Below, piece after piece: positions 10,656-20,340 of a DNA stretch of 64,000 nt; position 1 is the stretch's first letter, and every line of letters starts with the position of its first letter. Both the position numbers and the translations under genes were made by a program. Source of the stretch: an uncultured Pseudomonadota bacterium (GTDB lineage: Bacteria; Oederibacteriota; Muellerivitia; Muellerivitales; Muellerivitaceae); NCBI GenBank assembly GCA_963836235.1, contig CAWIIP010000002.1:1280001-1344000 (forward strand). Direction: 5' to 3'. Under the pieces are notes generated by a model. That model was not told the DNA's origin. It made no database searches and saw only the letters and a list, made by a program, of their open reading frames with translations.

Positions 10656-12170
10656 TTACTCGACCTGATGGCCCAGAAAGGGAACGTTGGGGAGCGGGAG
10701 GTTCTGGTAGGCCTTGGGCAGGGCGGGTTCAATGAAATCATGGACGATTTCTTGGTGAAATATTCCTAACAAAAGAACGGCGAGGGCCAAAAGAAACAAA
10801 GGGGCTTTGGAACCGAAAGACAGTGGCGCGCGGAAGGAAGCCGCTTTGCGGTGCTCGAATAAAAGCCAAAGAAACCGCGCGGCCGTCCAAAGGTTGAAAA
10901 GAAGGGCCGCGCTGAGGGGAACAATCAGAAACCAGTCCCTTTTCTCGAAAAGTCCCTGGAACAGGTAGAACTTTCCGAAAGAACCCGCTGTGGGGGGCAC
11001 TCCCACGATGGAAAAAGTAAAAATCACCAGGCAGAGGGCCAGGCTGAAATCATGGCGCCCAAGACCGGCCAGTTTGGAAAAGGGATGGGCTCCCGTGGGT
11101 TTCAGGCTTAGGATTCCTACCGCCGTGAAGAGGCCCATCACCACCAGTATCTGGCTGAGCAGTTCCATCAAGGACCCCGTGAGGGCGCTTTTATTGCCCG
11201 CGACGAACCCCATCAAGGGAAAGGCTAGCTGGGCCGCGCCGAGGAAAGCCACCGAATGGAGGAAATCCTTCTGCCGCGCGGCATAAACAAAACAGGCCAG
11301 AAAAAAAAGGGCGAAGGGATATTCCAACCCCGTGAGCCAGGCGGGTTGCTCCAGGCCGGGAACATTCAGCACGAAAAAAAGGAGGAGGAATAAGAGATAA
11401 ACCGCCGTCCGTACCATCACTGAGGAGAAAAAGCCCAATAGGAAAGGAGGGGTCTGGTCCAACAGGCGGGTGAAAAAGAAGGGTGTGGGAAAGGAAAAGT
11501 GGAAGGCCCAAGCGGCGGTCAGGAAAAAACCGGCGGTCAGGGCCATCGAAAAATTTTTCGTGATGAAAAGCTGGGCCAAGAGATCGTCCAGGTGGAGGGT
11601 CCCCGTCGCCGAATAGAGGAAAAGAAAACCGGCCAGAAGCAAGGAGGCCCCCAGGCTTCCGCCCAGCAGCAGGTAAAATCCCTCCAGCCAGCCTTGCCGG
11701 GTCAGGCAAACCAAAAGGCCCGCGGCGGCCACCATTGAAATTTCCAGGAAAAGGTAAAGGGTAAAGCCGTCCCTCGCCCAAAGCTGAGTCAAAAGAGCCG
11801 AAACCAAAATTAAAAGCAGGGTTCCTCCCAGACTTTCCCGGGATTTCAAAAGCCCCCCCATCAAGCCGAAGGAACCCAGGATGAAAAAAGACACCATCGC
11901 GCACAAAAGGATGAAGCAAGCCAGGAAGGCCGAAAAGGGAGTGATCAAAAGTTCGATTCCCCAGGGAGGCGCCCAACCTCCCAGGGAATAATGCCAAAAT
12001 CCCTCCGCGAAAAGTTTTGGAAAAGAAAGGAGGGTGAAACCGAAGGTCAGCAAAAGGGTTCCATAGGTCGCCCAGCGGGAAAGCCGGTAAGAAAGAAAAC
12101 CCATCCCCAGGGCCAGCCAGGCTCCGGCCAGGGGAAAGAGCGCCATCAGGATGGGAAGCTGGTCTTTCAT
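10656..12170 (-). CDS. MrpD/MnhD-like antiporter subunit, divergent
   Basis: LGGWAPPWGIEL, FLEI, ATGTL and GVPPTAGSFGK motifs in a polytopic membrane protein. Several charged axis residues are altered. Confidence 0.78.
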   Translation of the reverse strand: MKDQLPILMALFPLAGAWLALGMGFLSYRLSRWATYGTLLLTFGFTLLSFPKLFAEGFWHYSLGGWAPPWGIELLITPFSAFLACFILLCAMVSFFILGSFGLMGGLLKSRESLGGTLLLILVSALLTQLWARDGFTLYLFLEISMVAAAGLLVCLTRQGWLEGFYLLLGGSLGASLLLAGFLFLYSATGTLHLDDLLAQLFITKNFSMALTAGFFLTAAWAFHFSFPTPFFFTRLLDQTPPFLLGFFSSVMVRTAVYLLFLLLFFVLNVPGLEQPAWLTGLEYPFALFFLACFVYAARQKDFLHSVAFLGAAQLAFPLMGFVAGNKSALTGSLMELLSQILVVMGLFTAVGILSLKPTGAHPFSKLAGLGRHDFSLALCLVIFTFSIVGVPPTAGSFGKFYLFQGLFEKRDWFLIVPLSAALLFNLWTAARFLWLLFEHRKAASFRAPLSFGSKAPLFLLALAVLLLGIFHQEIVHDFIEPALPKAYQNLPLPNVPFLGHQVE

Positions 12171-12478
12171 TTGGAACCCCGCTTGCCGATTTCCCTACTG
12201 TCGAGCGTCTTATGGCGCCTTTCCAGTTTCAGGCAAAAAACAGCCAAGAGAATTCCCACCCCGGCGGTACAAGCCACGATCAGGCCGATGAGAACCATTG
12301 GAAGGGGGCTTCCGGGGGGCCCCAGTTTCCAGAGAAAGGCAGCCAATCCCAATTGGAACAGGCCCCATCCGACTGCCTTGCGTCCCAGGTTCGAGTAGAA
12401 GAAAACACCGTGGAAACCGATGAGGCAAAAAGCCAGGGAAAGGCTGAAATGGAGGACATTTCCGGGATTAACGTCCAC
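12167..12478 (-). CDS. MrpC/MnhC-like subunit, divergent
   Basis: Three TM segments, SNLGRK, SPLP and a C-terminal KTLD motif. Overlaps both neighbours. Confidence 0.65.
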   Translation of the reverse strand: MDVNPGNVLHFSLSLAFCLIGFHGVFFYSNLGRKAVGWGLFQLGLAAFLWKLGPPGSPLPMVLIGLIVACTAGVGILLAVFCLKLERRHKTLDSREIGKRGSK

Positions 12479-12989
12479 CAGGGCCCTCCGGCGTCCATAT
12501 CCATCTCAGGACGATGGACAAAAGTCCTCCGAAACAAAGTAAAGTTCCGGCCAAAAGGACAAGGGATCCGTCCCACCGGGCCCGGGCCGGTTCAGCCCAG
12601 GAAACCAGGGACTCGTAATCGAGAAAATTACTTCCGGCCCTCAAGCTCAAAAAACCAAGTCCCAATAACACCAAAACCCCCAGGCCGAACCACATATAAG
12701 AGGAAAGAAGAACCCCAAAAGAAGGGGGATGGTGGAAAAAAAAGAAAATGGCCAGGGCCGCCGTAGAAAAAAGGATCCCCACCGCCAGCAGGTCGAAACT
12801 CCGGTAATCGGCCAGCACCGCTTCAACCGGGGAATGGATGCCTGTTTCGACCTCGCAGCGCTGCTGGTAGCGCAGGGTCAAGTGCGACGACAAGGGGGAG
12901 GAAGATTTCTCTCGGGTAGGAACTTGGCCGAAGGCGTAAACCAAAATTCCCGCCAACAGCAGGGTGAGAAACCAGGAAGCGGTTTTCAA
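12468..12989 (-). CDS. MrpB/MnhB-like subunit, divergent
   Basis: ETGIHSPVEAVLADYRSFD resembles NxVTAVxxDYRxFD, and GSNFLDY is present. Probable TTG start after AAAGGA. Confidence 0.65.
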   Translation of the reverse strand: MKTASWFLTLLLAGILVYAFGQVPTREKSSSPLSSHLTLRYQQRCEVETGIHSPVEAVLADYRSFDLLAVGILFSTAALAIFFFFHHPPSFGVLLSSYMWFGLGVLVLLGLGFLSLRAGSNFLDYESLVSWAEPARARWDGSLVLLAGTLLCFGGLLSIVLRWIWTPEGPGGR

Positions 12990-13096
12990 TGGGATTCCTT
13001 TAATCAGTAAAAGTCGGCCTATCCTAGCAGGTTGCGATTTTCCCTTCATCTTGGAAATGAGAGAGGCGGCGCCGGGCCTTTGAAGTATGATAAAAG

Positions 13097-15268
13097 ATGA
13101 TGGACGGGCAAACCTTTGGAGACCCATTGACCTCTTTCACTTCAACGAAAAACCAGGCTTCCCTCTTTTTAATCGGGGCTCTTCTTTCGGCGGCCCTCGG
13201 ACAGGCTTTTCTCGCCCAATCGGTACTGCCTTGGACCCTCATCCCGGGACTGGCTTTTTACGTCCTGGCTTTGGGGCTACTCCACTCATCCCTTCCCCCC
13301 TTTTCCGCGTCCCAAGAATCACAACCCTTCTCTTCACGGATGGAATGGACCTTTTTTCTTCTCATCCTCTTGTTGGCTTTTGGATTTAGGATTTACCACA
13401 TCGATTCCATCCCTTCGGGCATGCACACTGACCAGGGTTTGATGGGCCAATCCGGCTTGCGGGTGGCTTTCGAAGGCTGGCGTCCATTCTTCGAGGTTCT
13501 CAATTATCACGTTCCCGAAGTCACCCTTTATTACCTGATGGGGGCCTGGTTTACGCTGGTGGGTTCTTCTTATTTCACTTTTCATCTCTTTTTCATACTT
13601 TTCTCCCTGGCGGCCTTTCCTTTTATTTACCTGGTCTTCCGGCAATGGGCGGGTCCGAAAGTGGCGCTCCTGGCGCTCTTCTTCCTGGCGGTTATGCGCT
13701 GGCACCTGATTTTCAGCCGCAACGGATTCCCCACCATCCAGGTTCCTTTTTATCTTTTCGCCGCGCTTTATTTTTGGATGAAATGGACGAAAAGCCAGAA
13801 GGCCGGTTCATTACTGGTCTCGGCGGCCTTTTGTGGATTGGGCCTTTATACCTACCAATCCTTCAAGGCCGTTCCCTTTCTGATGTTGGTTTTTGCCCTT
13901 TATGAATATTTCCGCGATGGCCGGAGCGCCCAGGTACGGCGGCAAATCCTGGCTTTTTTTCTTTTGCTGACCATCCTGGTGTCGCCTCTTTTTTACTATA
14001 TGGCCGCCCAAGGCAGCCTGGGCAACCGGGAAAGGGAGCTTTTCATCGGCAAAACGGTGGTGGAACAAAAAAGCCTGATGCCTCTTTTGCGGGTATGGGC
14101 CGGAACAGCCTTGATGTTCAACCGGGAAGGTGAATCCAACCCCCGCCACAACATTCCAGGACATCGCATGCTGGACGATGCCACCGCCATCTTTTTCATA
14201 TTAGGCTTAGGCCTCGCTTGGCGTCGATGGAAGGAACCCGGGGCCTTTTATCCGCTCGCGGGGTTTGGCGTGATGAGCCTCACCTGTCTTCTTTCCACCG
14301 ACCCCGCCCATGCCAACCGTTTGCTGGTGCTGACGCCGTTGATCGCTTACTTCTCGGCCCAAGCGCTTATGACTTTGGTGGAAAGAATCTTCCCCGCGGG
14401 CAGCCGGATGCCGCGATGGGCGCTCGGCCTCCTCTTGGGGGCGGTCGCCCTTCAGAACGCCGACGCTTATTTTATCGAGGAAGCTCAAAATCATGACTGT
14501 TGGCTGGGATACGGGGTGGAGCAAAACTATATCGGCCGTGGCATCGAGGATTTGGAAAAGGCCCAACCGGGGCTTTTAAATTACTTCCTGGCTTTTTCCT
14601 ATTTTGGGAACCACACCATCGCTTACCTGTCTTACCCGGCCCGGGACCGCATTTTTCCCCTCAAGGCCCAGGACCTGGAAAACTCGAACCCCTTCCCCTC
14701 CAATCGGGACGCCCTCTTTTTCCTGGAACAAGGGCGGATGGGGCTGTTGGATCTTCTGAAACTAGAGTTTCCCCACGGCCGGGAGCAGCGCTTGCAGGAC
14801 TGGGACGGCCGGACGCTGGTTTATGGATACCGGGTACCCCAATCCGACCTCCAAGCCTTCCACGGGTGGAACCGCGGACTGAAGGGGACATACCTGCAAT
14901 CCTCCCAATGGACGGCCACTCCCCTGGCGGTTCGGTGGGACCCGGTCTTGAATTTCACTTACAAGGCCGACTTCCCCTTTGACAACTATCCACCCTTCCG
15001 TATCCGGTGGACGGGAACATTGGAAGTTCCCAAAAAGGGCGAATATGAATTCCAGGTTTTGACTAACGACCAAGGCCAGTTGTGGCTGGATGGAAAGCCG
15101 GTCTTGTTTGAAAAACCCCTCACGCTCACGGCCAAAGCCCACACCCTTCGGCTGGATTTCGAGAAGGACGGCGGGGACGCCATGGTCCTCCATTTGGTCT
15201 GGAAAAAACCGGGGGAATCGGGATGGGAAATCGTGCCCGCTGAGGCTTTTGGAAAAATCAGTCCTTGA
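13097..15268 (+). CDS. GT-C (PMT/ArnT-like) glycosyltransferase with C-terminal PA14 domain
   Basis: FRIYHIDSIPSGMHTDQ loop, many TM segments, WHLIFSR. C-terminal FRIRWTGTLEVPKKGEYEF..DQGQLWLDG is PA14-like. Confidence 0.8.
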   Translation: MMDGQTFGDPLTSFTSTKNQASLFLIGALLSAALGQAFLAQSVLPWTLIPGLAFYVLALGLLHSSLPPFSASQESQPFSSRMEWTFFLLILLLAFGFRIYHIDSIPSGMHTDQGLMGQSGLRVAFEGWRPFFEVLNYHVPEVTLYYLMGAWFTLVGSSYFTFHLFFILFSLAAFPFIYLVFRQWAGPKVALLALFFLAVMRWHLIFSRNGFPTIQVPFYLFAALYFWMKWTKSQKAGSLLVSAAFCGLGLYTYQSFKAVPFLMLVFALYEYFRDGRSAQVRRQILAFFLLLTILVSPLFYYMAAQGSLGNRERELFIGKTVVEQKSLMPLLRVWAGTALMFNREGESNPRHNIPGHRMLDDATAIFFILGLGLAWRRWKEPGAFYPLAGFGVMSLTCLLSTDPAHANRLLVLTPLIAYFSAQALMTLVERIFPAGSRMPRWALGLLLGAVALQNADAYFIEEAQNHDCWLGYGVEQNYIGRGIEDLEKAQPGLLNYFLAFSYFGNHTIAYLSYPARDRIFPLKAQDLENSNPFPSNRDALFFLEQGRMGLLDLLKLEFPHGREQRLQDWDGRTLVYGYRVPQSDLQAFHGWNRGLKGTYLQSSQWTATPLAVRWDPVLNFTYKADFPFDNYPPFRIRWTGTLEVPKKGEYEFQVLTNDQGQLWLDGKPVLFEKPLTLTAKAHTLRLDFEKDGGDAMVLHLVWKKPGESGWEIVPAEAFGKISP

Positions 15269-15734
15269 GAGTCTTGACGTAGGTCTCCGTGGCGATGGAA
15301 AAACCCAACTTGGAAAGCATTTTTCCTTTCGGCTGATCCAAATGTCCGCAGAATAAAGCCGATTGAACCGCTCCTCGCGCCCTCGCCTGCCTCTGGGCTT
15401 CTTCCAACAGCCGCTTCCCCGTCTCGGCCCAATCTTTTCCGGCGGAAACGACGAAATCATCGATGAGGCAGGTGAGGCCGCCCGGATCATAAACCGGCGG
15501 GGCCGGAACCAATGCCGCGATAAGAAACCCCTCAAGAGTTCCGTTTTTCTCTTCCACCAAGGCGATCACATTCTCGCGTTTGATTTGGCTTTGAAAGAAA
15601 AGAGTTTGTTTTTCGCGCGAATCTCTGGCCTTTTTCCAAAAAAGAGGTTGAGCTTTTTCATACTCAGCCCGTTTTTTCTCGGACAGCTCCACCATTTGTG
15701 AGACATCGGTTTCCACTGCCTTTCGAACACTCAT
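15258..15734 (-). CDS. GNAT family N-acetyltransferase
   Basis: VRKAVETD, LIDDFVV, GKRLLEEA and LSKLGF motifs. AAGGAGG RBS. Confidence 0.8.
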   Translation of the reverse strand: MSVRKAVETDVSQMVELSEKKRAEYEKAQPLFWKKARDSREKQTLFFQSQIKRENVIALVEEKNGTLEGFLIAALVPAPPVYDPGGLTCLIDDFVVSAGKDWAETGKRLLEEAQRQARARGAVQSALFCGHLDQPKGKMLSKLGFSIATETYVKTLKD

Positions 15735-15977
15735 TCTTTCCCTCCTTAATTCAGGAAATACCATGAAACTTCTCTTCCCTAAGGAATTTTTTTCATACAA
15801 GTGTAAAGTACGCCTGCTTCCTTTTGGACATCCTAATAAACCATAGATTTACACAAATTTTACGGGCCTGCGAATGATTTTAGTTGTTGCTTCCCCTGCT
15901 CCTTTTTAAACTAACAGGCATAAAATTAAGCTTTTTCCTACGCCTTTCCCCGCCCCATTTCGAGCCAAGGTGATCCA

Positions 15978-18372
15978 ATGAAATTTCGTATCCTGGGAAT
16001 TTTCGGACTTCTGGTTGGAGTCATTTTTTTAATCATCGGCTGTCCCTCCAAGAGCAGTAGCCCTTCTTCCCCCGCTCCCGCGGCACCTACGTCCACCAAT
16101 ACCTTTACGGTCACCAATACGCCCTGCACCGATGGCTCAGGGCATACTTGCACTTTTACTTTCACCGCCACGCCCAGCAATACGGCTACCCTCACTCCAA
16201 CCAGTACCCCCAGCAACACCAGCACCTCCACGGCGTCCTTCACGGTGACCAACACGCTGACCAATAGCGCGACTTCCACCAATACCGGAACCCCCACCAA
16301 CAGCGCCACGGTCACGCCAACGGCCACCATCACGAATACACCCACGATCACGGCGACCGCAACGATTACCGATACCCCGACCAATTCCGGCACTCCCACC
16401 CCGACGGGCACGCCTACCGCCACCAGCCAGTACACCCTCACCAAGACCCCCACCGGCACCCCGACCGCCACCGCGACCGCCACGATCACGGGGGTGGTCT
16501 TCAGCGGCAGCGTCAGTTATTCGGGCAGCTTCGCCACGAGCCCGGGCGTAAACGCGGGCCATTCGATCAGTGTGGAGGTCTATACCAACAGCGGTCTTAT
16601 CGCAGGGAATAATGGCGTGAGTATCGCGGGGGCCGCGACGGTGACCTCCAACGGCGGATCTTTCAGCATCACGCTCACTTCCCCAGGCACTTATTACGTC
16701 CTGGCGAATTACGACTACAACGGCAAGACCGGTGTTTTTGGCTTGGTGGACCAGACAGGACCCTTCCCCGCCGAACCCTATGCCATTGTCTCCGGAAACG
16801 GCAATACCAGCTCCCAACTTCCAGCGCCGGGCATCACCTTTTCCAGCGGCGTGACCAGTTTTACCAACACCATCATTTTTGGCGATCAGAACGTGGCCCA
16901 AGGCATTACGGGCGGCGTGACCTTCCTGGGTTCGGGACCGGTCAGTTCCTCCAACTATATCCATGTGCTTGCTTACTTGTCGGGAACCAACTACGGAACT
17001 TTAATGACCGAAGCGCTCGTTCCTAAAAACGGCGGCACCTACAATCTGACCGATCTGACTAACAACAACAACGGCTCCGATTACGACTTAGTGGCTTTTT
17101 ATGACGCCGTCGGTAATGCGGTTGTAAACGCCACGCCCGTGCCTGGTACTGATCCGGTTACATACCTCAACGATATACCCGTTTCGGTTATTGCCGTTGG
17201 TACGCCTACGTCCCAAGCGCTCGTTACCATTCCCAGCGCGACGGGCGGCACCTATCCCGCCCCGATGACCTTGTCGGTGAATATCAATACCACCTCTTAC
17301 CCGGTCAACCAGCACCCATCAATTGGGCTGGCTCCTGTCCACCGGCTTCGGTAGCGGAAATAATTACCAAGTGATCGACGCCCAGAGCAACGCCAACAAC
17401 GCGGTCATCACCGATACCACGACTACCAATTATTATATCGGCCTTATTTATGGGCTTTCCGGAGCGGGTTATCCCTCCGGAACCAATCCGCTCACCGTTA
17501 ATCCCCATGTGGGCGACATTTATCAATTTTTCAACTATTCCGGCAATAGCGCCAATGGAGAGGGATGTTTTGGCACCTATTCTTCAGCCAATGTCACCAA
17601 CCCGTCAGGCGGGGTAAGCTTAAACGCCACTTTCCCCTATCCCTCCACCCAGCCCTGCACCTTTACGGGAGTGGGCGGGACGTTCAATTACACCGGCGCC
17701 GGAACCGTCAGCAGTAGCGACCAGCTGGCGGTAGGTATATTCAGCGACTCCGCCTATACGCAGAACGTTGGTAGTAATTCCTATTCAACCAACAATGGCC
17801 GGTACGATATGGTGGATTTTACCGGAGGGGTTCCTTCCACTTATTACCTCGAAGCTTGGTACCAATCCACCGGCGGCAGTTGTAATAACAACAACTCTCC
17901 TTGCATCGGAAACCCGGTAACCCAATTGGGGGCCTTTACCCAGGGGACGGTCAACAACCTGAATATCACCCTCAATAGCAGCAATACCTACCAGGGCATC
18001 ACCCTGGGCGGAACATTGAACTGGTCGGGGGCGGTGAGCCTTTACGTGGCTAGTTACGACAACAACGGCAATTTCGAAGCTCTCAGCGGCCTGGTGGCTA
18101 ATGGCGGCACCTATGCGGTGGATGCCATACCAGGGAACAATAATTACCTGGTAGCCATCAACGACCTCAATGGCCTGGGCCAAAGCGCCATTTTGAGCGC
18201 CCTTCAAAACTACAATCCGGGAAGCATTTCGGGGGATGGTTGGGCGGTTTATGACAACTCAACGTGCACCAATGGCTTCACCACCCAGACCATCCAGGGA
18301 GGAACCGGCATTACCACCACCACCAACGACACCAGCGTGAATTGGACCGTCAGCACCAGCTGTAGTTTTTAA
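15978..18372 (+). CDS. Surface lipoprotein with Thr/Pro stalk and about 5 beta-sandwich repeats, split by a +1 frameshift near 17310
   Basis: Lipobox IIGC and TPT-rich stalk. ORFs 15978-17354 and 17323-18372 join if one C is removed from AACCAGC, restoring YPVNSTHQLGWLL. Confidence 0.75.
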
Positions 18373-18393
18373 CCGAATAAAACAGAGATTCTC

Positions 18394-18428
18394 AAAGCCC
18401 GGCTTCAGAAGGTTCGGGCTTTTTTATT
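18394..18428. terminator. Intrinsic terminator, probably bidirectional
   Basis: AAAGCCCG..CGGGCTTTTTT hairpin between convergent genes. Confidence 0.75.
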
Positions 18429-18434
18429 AGAAAT

Positions 18435-19721
18435 TTATTGAGCAGCGACCGGAGCTTGCGGGTCAAAGATGGCGCCGGTGAAAAGCAGGGCTTGGATTTG
18501 GCTGTCCACCAGGGCGACAAAGAAGGGACGGTCCACGGTCATCACGACCGGGGGTGGTTCCCGCCGAACGATATTGGCCCTCATGACAATGGCCGTCGCG
18601 GCGGCGGCTTCCGTGCCTTCCTCATCCACCAGCATGTAGGTCTTTTGCAAAGCCTGGCTGATATACAAATGAGCGTTACCCGTCATGCCGCCGAAATCGG
18701 CCCATCGGGAGAATGCTTTTTTCATTCCCAATGTTTCCAAAGCCGGATTTAAGGTCTCGGAAAATTCTATTTTAAATTTAGGCAGGCCGAGTATTACTTT
18801 TCCTGTCCTTAATTGCCCCATCCATTGTTTCCAGTTGTCGGGCGTGAGGCCCGCGCAAAAATCGGTGAGATTGGAATCCTTCGACGGCAAAAAAACCAAT
18901 AAGCTCAACCGCCCATCGCCATAAGGAAGGCGGACAGCCTGGAATTGATCTGTCTCCAGATAAGCAAAGTCATGGGTTTGGCGCATCAGTGGGCGGTCGG
19001 GAGTGGAACCATTCGCCAAATAGAAAGGGGCGGGCTGGGTGGCGTCTTTTTTAAATTGGCTGCTCCAGTCTCCCTTGAAATAAACGGCGTTGACTAGAAC
19101 CAGTTTATCCATCGGGGTGAGGGGGCCGATGATTTTGGGAATTTTTCCCATAGTCTTATCCGAAACCCAATGGTTCACGCTGTCCGCCGCCACGGGATCG
19201 GCAAAATCCAGGTTATGGACTTCGGCCTTGTAGAAGTTTTGGTTGGCCAGGATGAAATCGGGTTTGAACGTGGTGTACTTGTTACTCCAGAGGGAATCGG
19301 CGATGTTAAGCGTTACCTTGGGGTCGGCGCTTTGAAGGGAATCCAGCAGGTCTTTGTTCTCGCGGTTCACATCCTCCAGGGACAGGCTTCCCAACCCCAA
19401 GGTCTGGGCCATTTCATCCTTGGTCGCATTTGCGGCTCCGTTGTAGACCATCCCCAGCGCCGTAGCGGCGGAGAAGGGGGAGATCAGCACGTTTTTGCCT
19501 GGGTTTTCCTTGATGATTTCCTGGAAAAAATTGAGCCCGAAACGGGTTTGGGCCGAAGCCAGATCGGCATAAGACGGCGATAGAACCGAACCGGCGGGGA
19601 GCATGGGATGGGAATGGACAGGGGTTTGTTCATCCGCAAAAACAGGGTTTAATAACAACCCCAAAAGTAGAGCTATCAGGCCAATTCTAAAAAACCGCTG
19701 ACTTTGGATAGATATTTTCAT
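18435..19721 (-). CDS. Secreted serpin
   Basis: Signal peptide, NVLISPFS, LVNAVYFKGDW, inhibitory-type hinge DEEGTEAAAAT and VDRPFF. Confidence 0.95.
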   Translation of the reverse strand: MKISIQSQRFFRIGLIALLLGLLLNPVFADEQTPVHSHPMLPAGSVLSPSYADLASAQTRFGLNFFQEIIKENPGKNVLISPFSAATALGMVYNGAANATKDEMAQTLGLGSLSLEDVNRENKDLLDSLQSADPKVTLNIADSLWSNKYTTFKPDFILANQNFYKAEVHNLDFADPVAADSVNHWVSDKTMGKIPKIIGPLTPMDKLVLVNAVYFKGDWSSQFKKDATQPAPFYLANGSTPDRPLMRQTHDFAYLETDQFQAVRLPYGDGRLSLLVFLPSKDSNLTDFCAGLTPDNWKQWMGQLRTGKVILGLPKFKIEFSETLNPALETLGMKKAFSRWADFGGMTGNAHLYISQALQKTYMLVDEEGTEAAAATAIVMRANIVRREPPPVVMTVDRPFFVALVDSQIQALLFTGAIFDPQAPVAAQ

Positions 19722-19748
19722 ACTTGCCTTCGAGATACCTTTAATAGA

Positions 19749-19776
19749 TTAGACTCAAAAGAAGGCAAAAGGTTCC
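19749..19776 (-). promoter_or_regulatory. ECF sigma promoter upstream of the serpin
   Basis: GGAACC-N16-GTCTAA on the - strand. Confidence 0.65.
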
Positions 19777-19980
19777 ATGAGATTTTCCGGGAGGGGATCA
19801 TTTTCTGGGCCTAGTTGGCCCCCCCAGAACCGGGGGCAAGACAGTTTCAGGGGTTCAGGGGGTAATCCTGGCGGGGCACCGGCCCCGGCTTGGAGATACC
19901 CCCAAGGTCGGGTTGGGGTCCCCAAAACAAGCCAGGCAACTGTGTCAGCCCTGGGATTGCGCGATTCCCAGACCCCGCCC

Positions 19981-20135
19981 CACCCGGACGGATTGCGACA
20001 TAATTATTGGTTCTAGGCTTGGCTGAAAATACCCCAAAAAAGGCCGAAAAATACGCAAAACGCTAATTGCGACATAATTCACCCGGATTGCGACATAACT
20101 ATTTATGTCGCAATTTTGTTCGCACTGCGAACAAA
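19981..20135. repeat. Cluster of 12-bp repeats and perfect palindromes (Xer/dif-like arms)
   Basis: ATTGCGACATAA at 19992, 20066 and 20087, with an inverted copy at 20103-20114. TTTGTTCGCA-c-TGCGAACAAA at 20115-20135. Confidence 0.85.
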
Positions 20136-20237
20136 GAAGGCCTGGAGGGGGTCAGTCAAGCCCCGTTGCCCCGCCCTTGGGACCACCTGATACCTACCAA
20201 GCGACTATCCCCTTCCCCCCATTGGGTTTTCCGCCCC

Positions 20238-20264
20238 TGTCGATTTAACCTATCCCCGTTCGTC
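20238..20264 (+). promoter_or_regulatory. ECF42-type promoter
   Basis: TGTCGA-N17-CGTC upstream of the YciI-YciI-ECF42 operon. Confidence 0.75.
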
Positions 20265-20340
20265 GTGTATATAGAGGCGGGAATCACCCCCAGGCCGAAG
20301 GGGGGGCCCGGCCCGGATTACATTCAAAAAGGAGTACACC

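Noticed and set aside
15938-16489. Val-rich ORFs (also 23478-23903 and 24612-25454)
   Set aside because: Antisense shadows of Thr/Pro codon repeats in real genes.
17300-17320. Programmed frameshift or phase variation
   Set aside because: No slippery heptamer, homopolymer or simple repeat at the site.
19981-20135. Possible CRISPR array
   Set aside because: The repeats are only 12 bp, irregularly spaced and partly inverted, and no cas genes are present.
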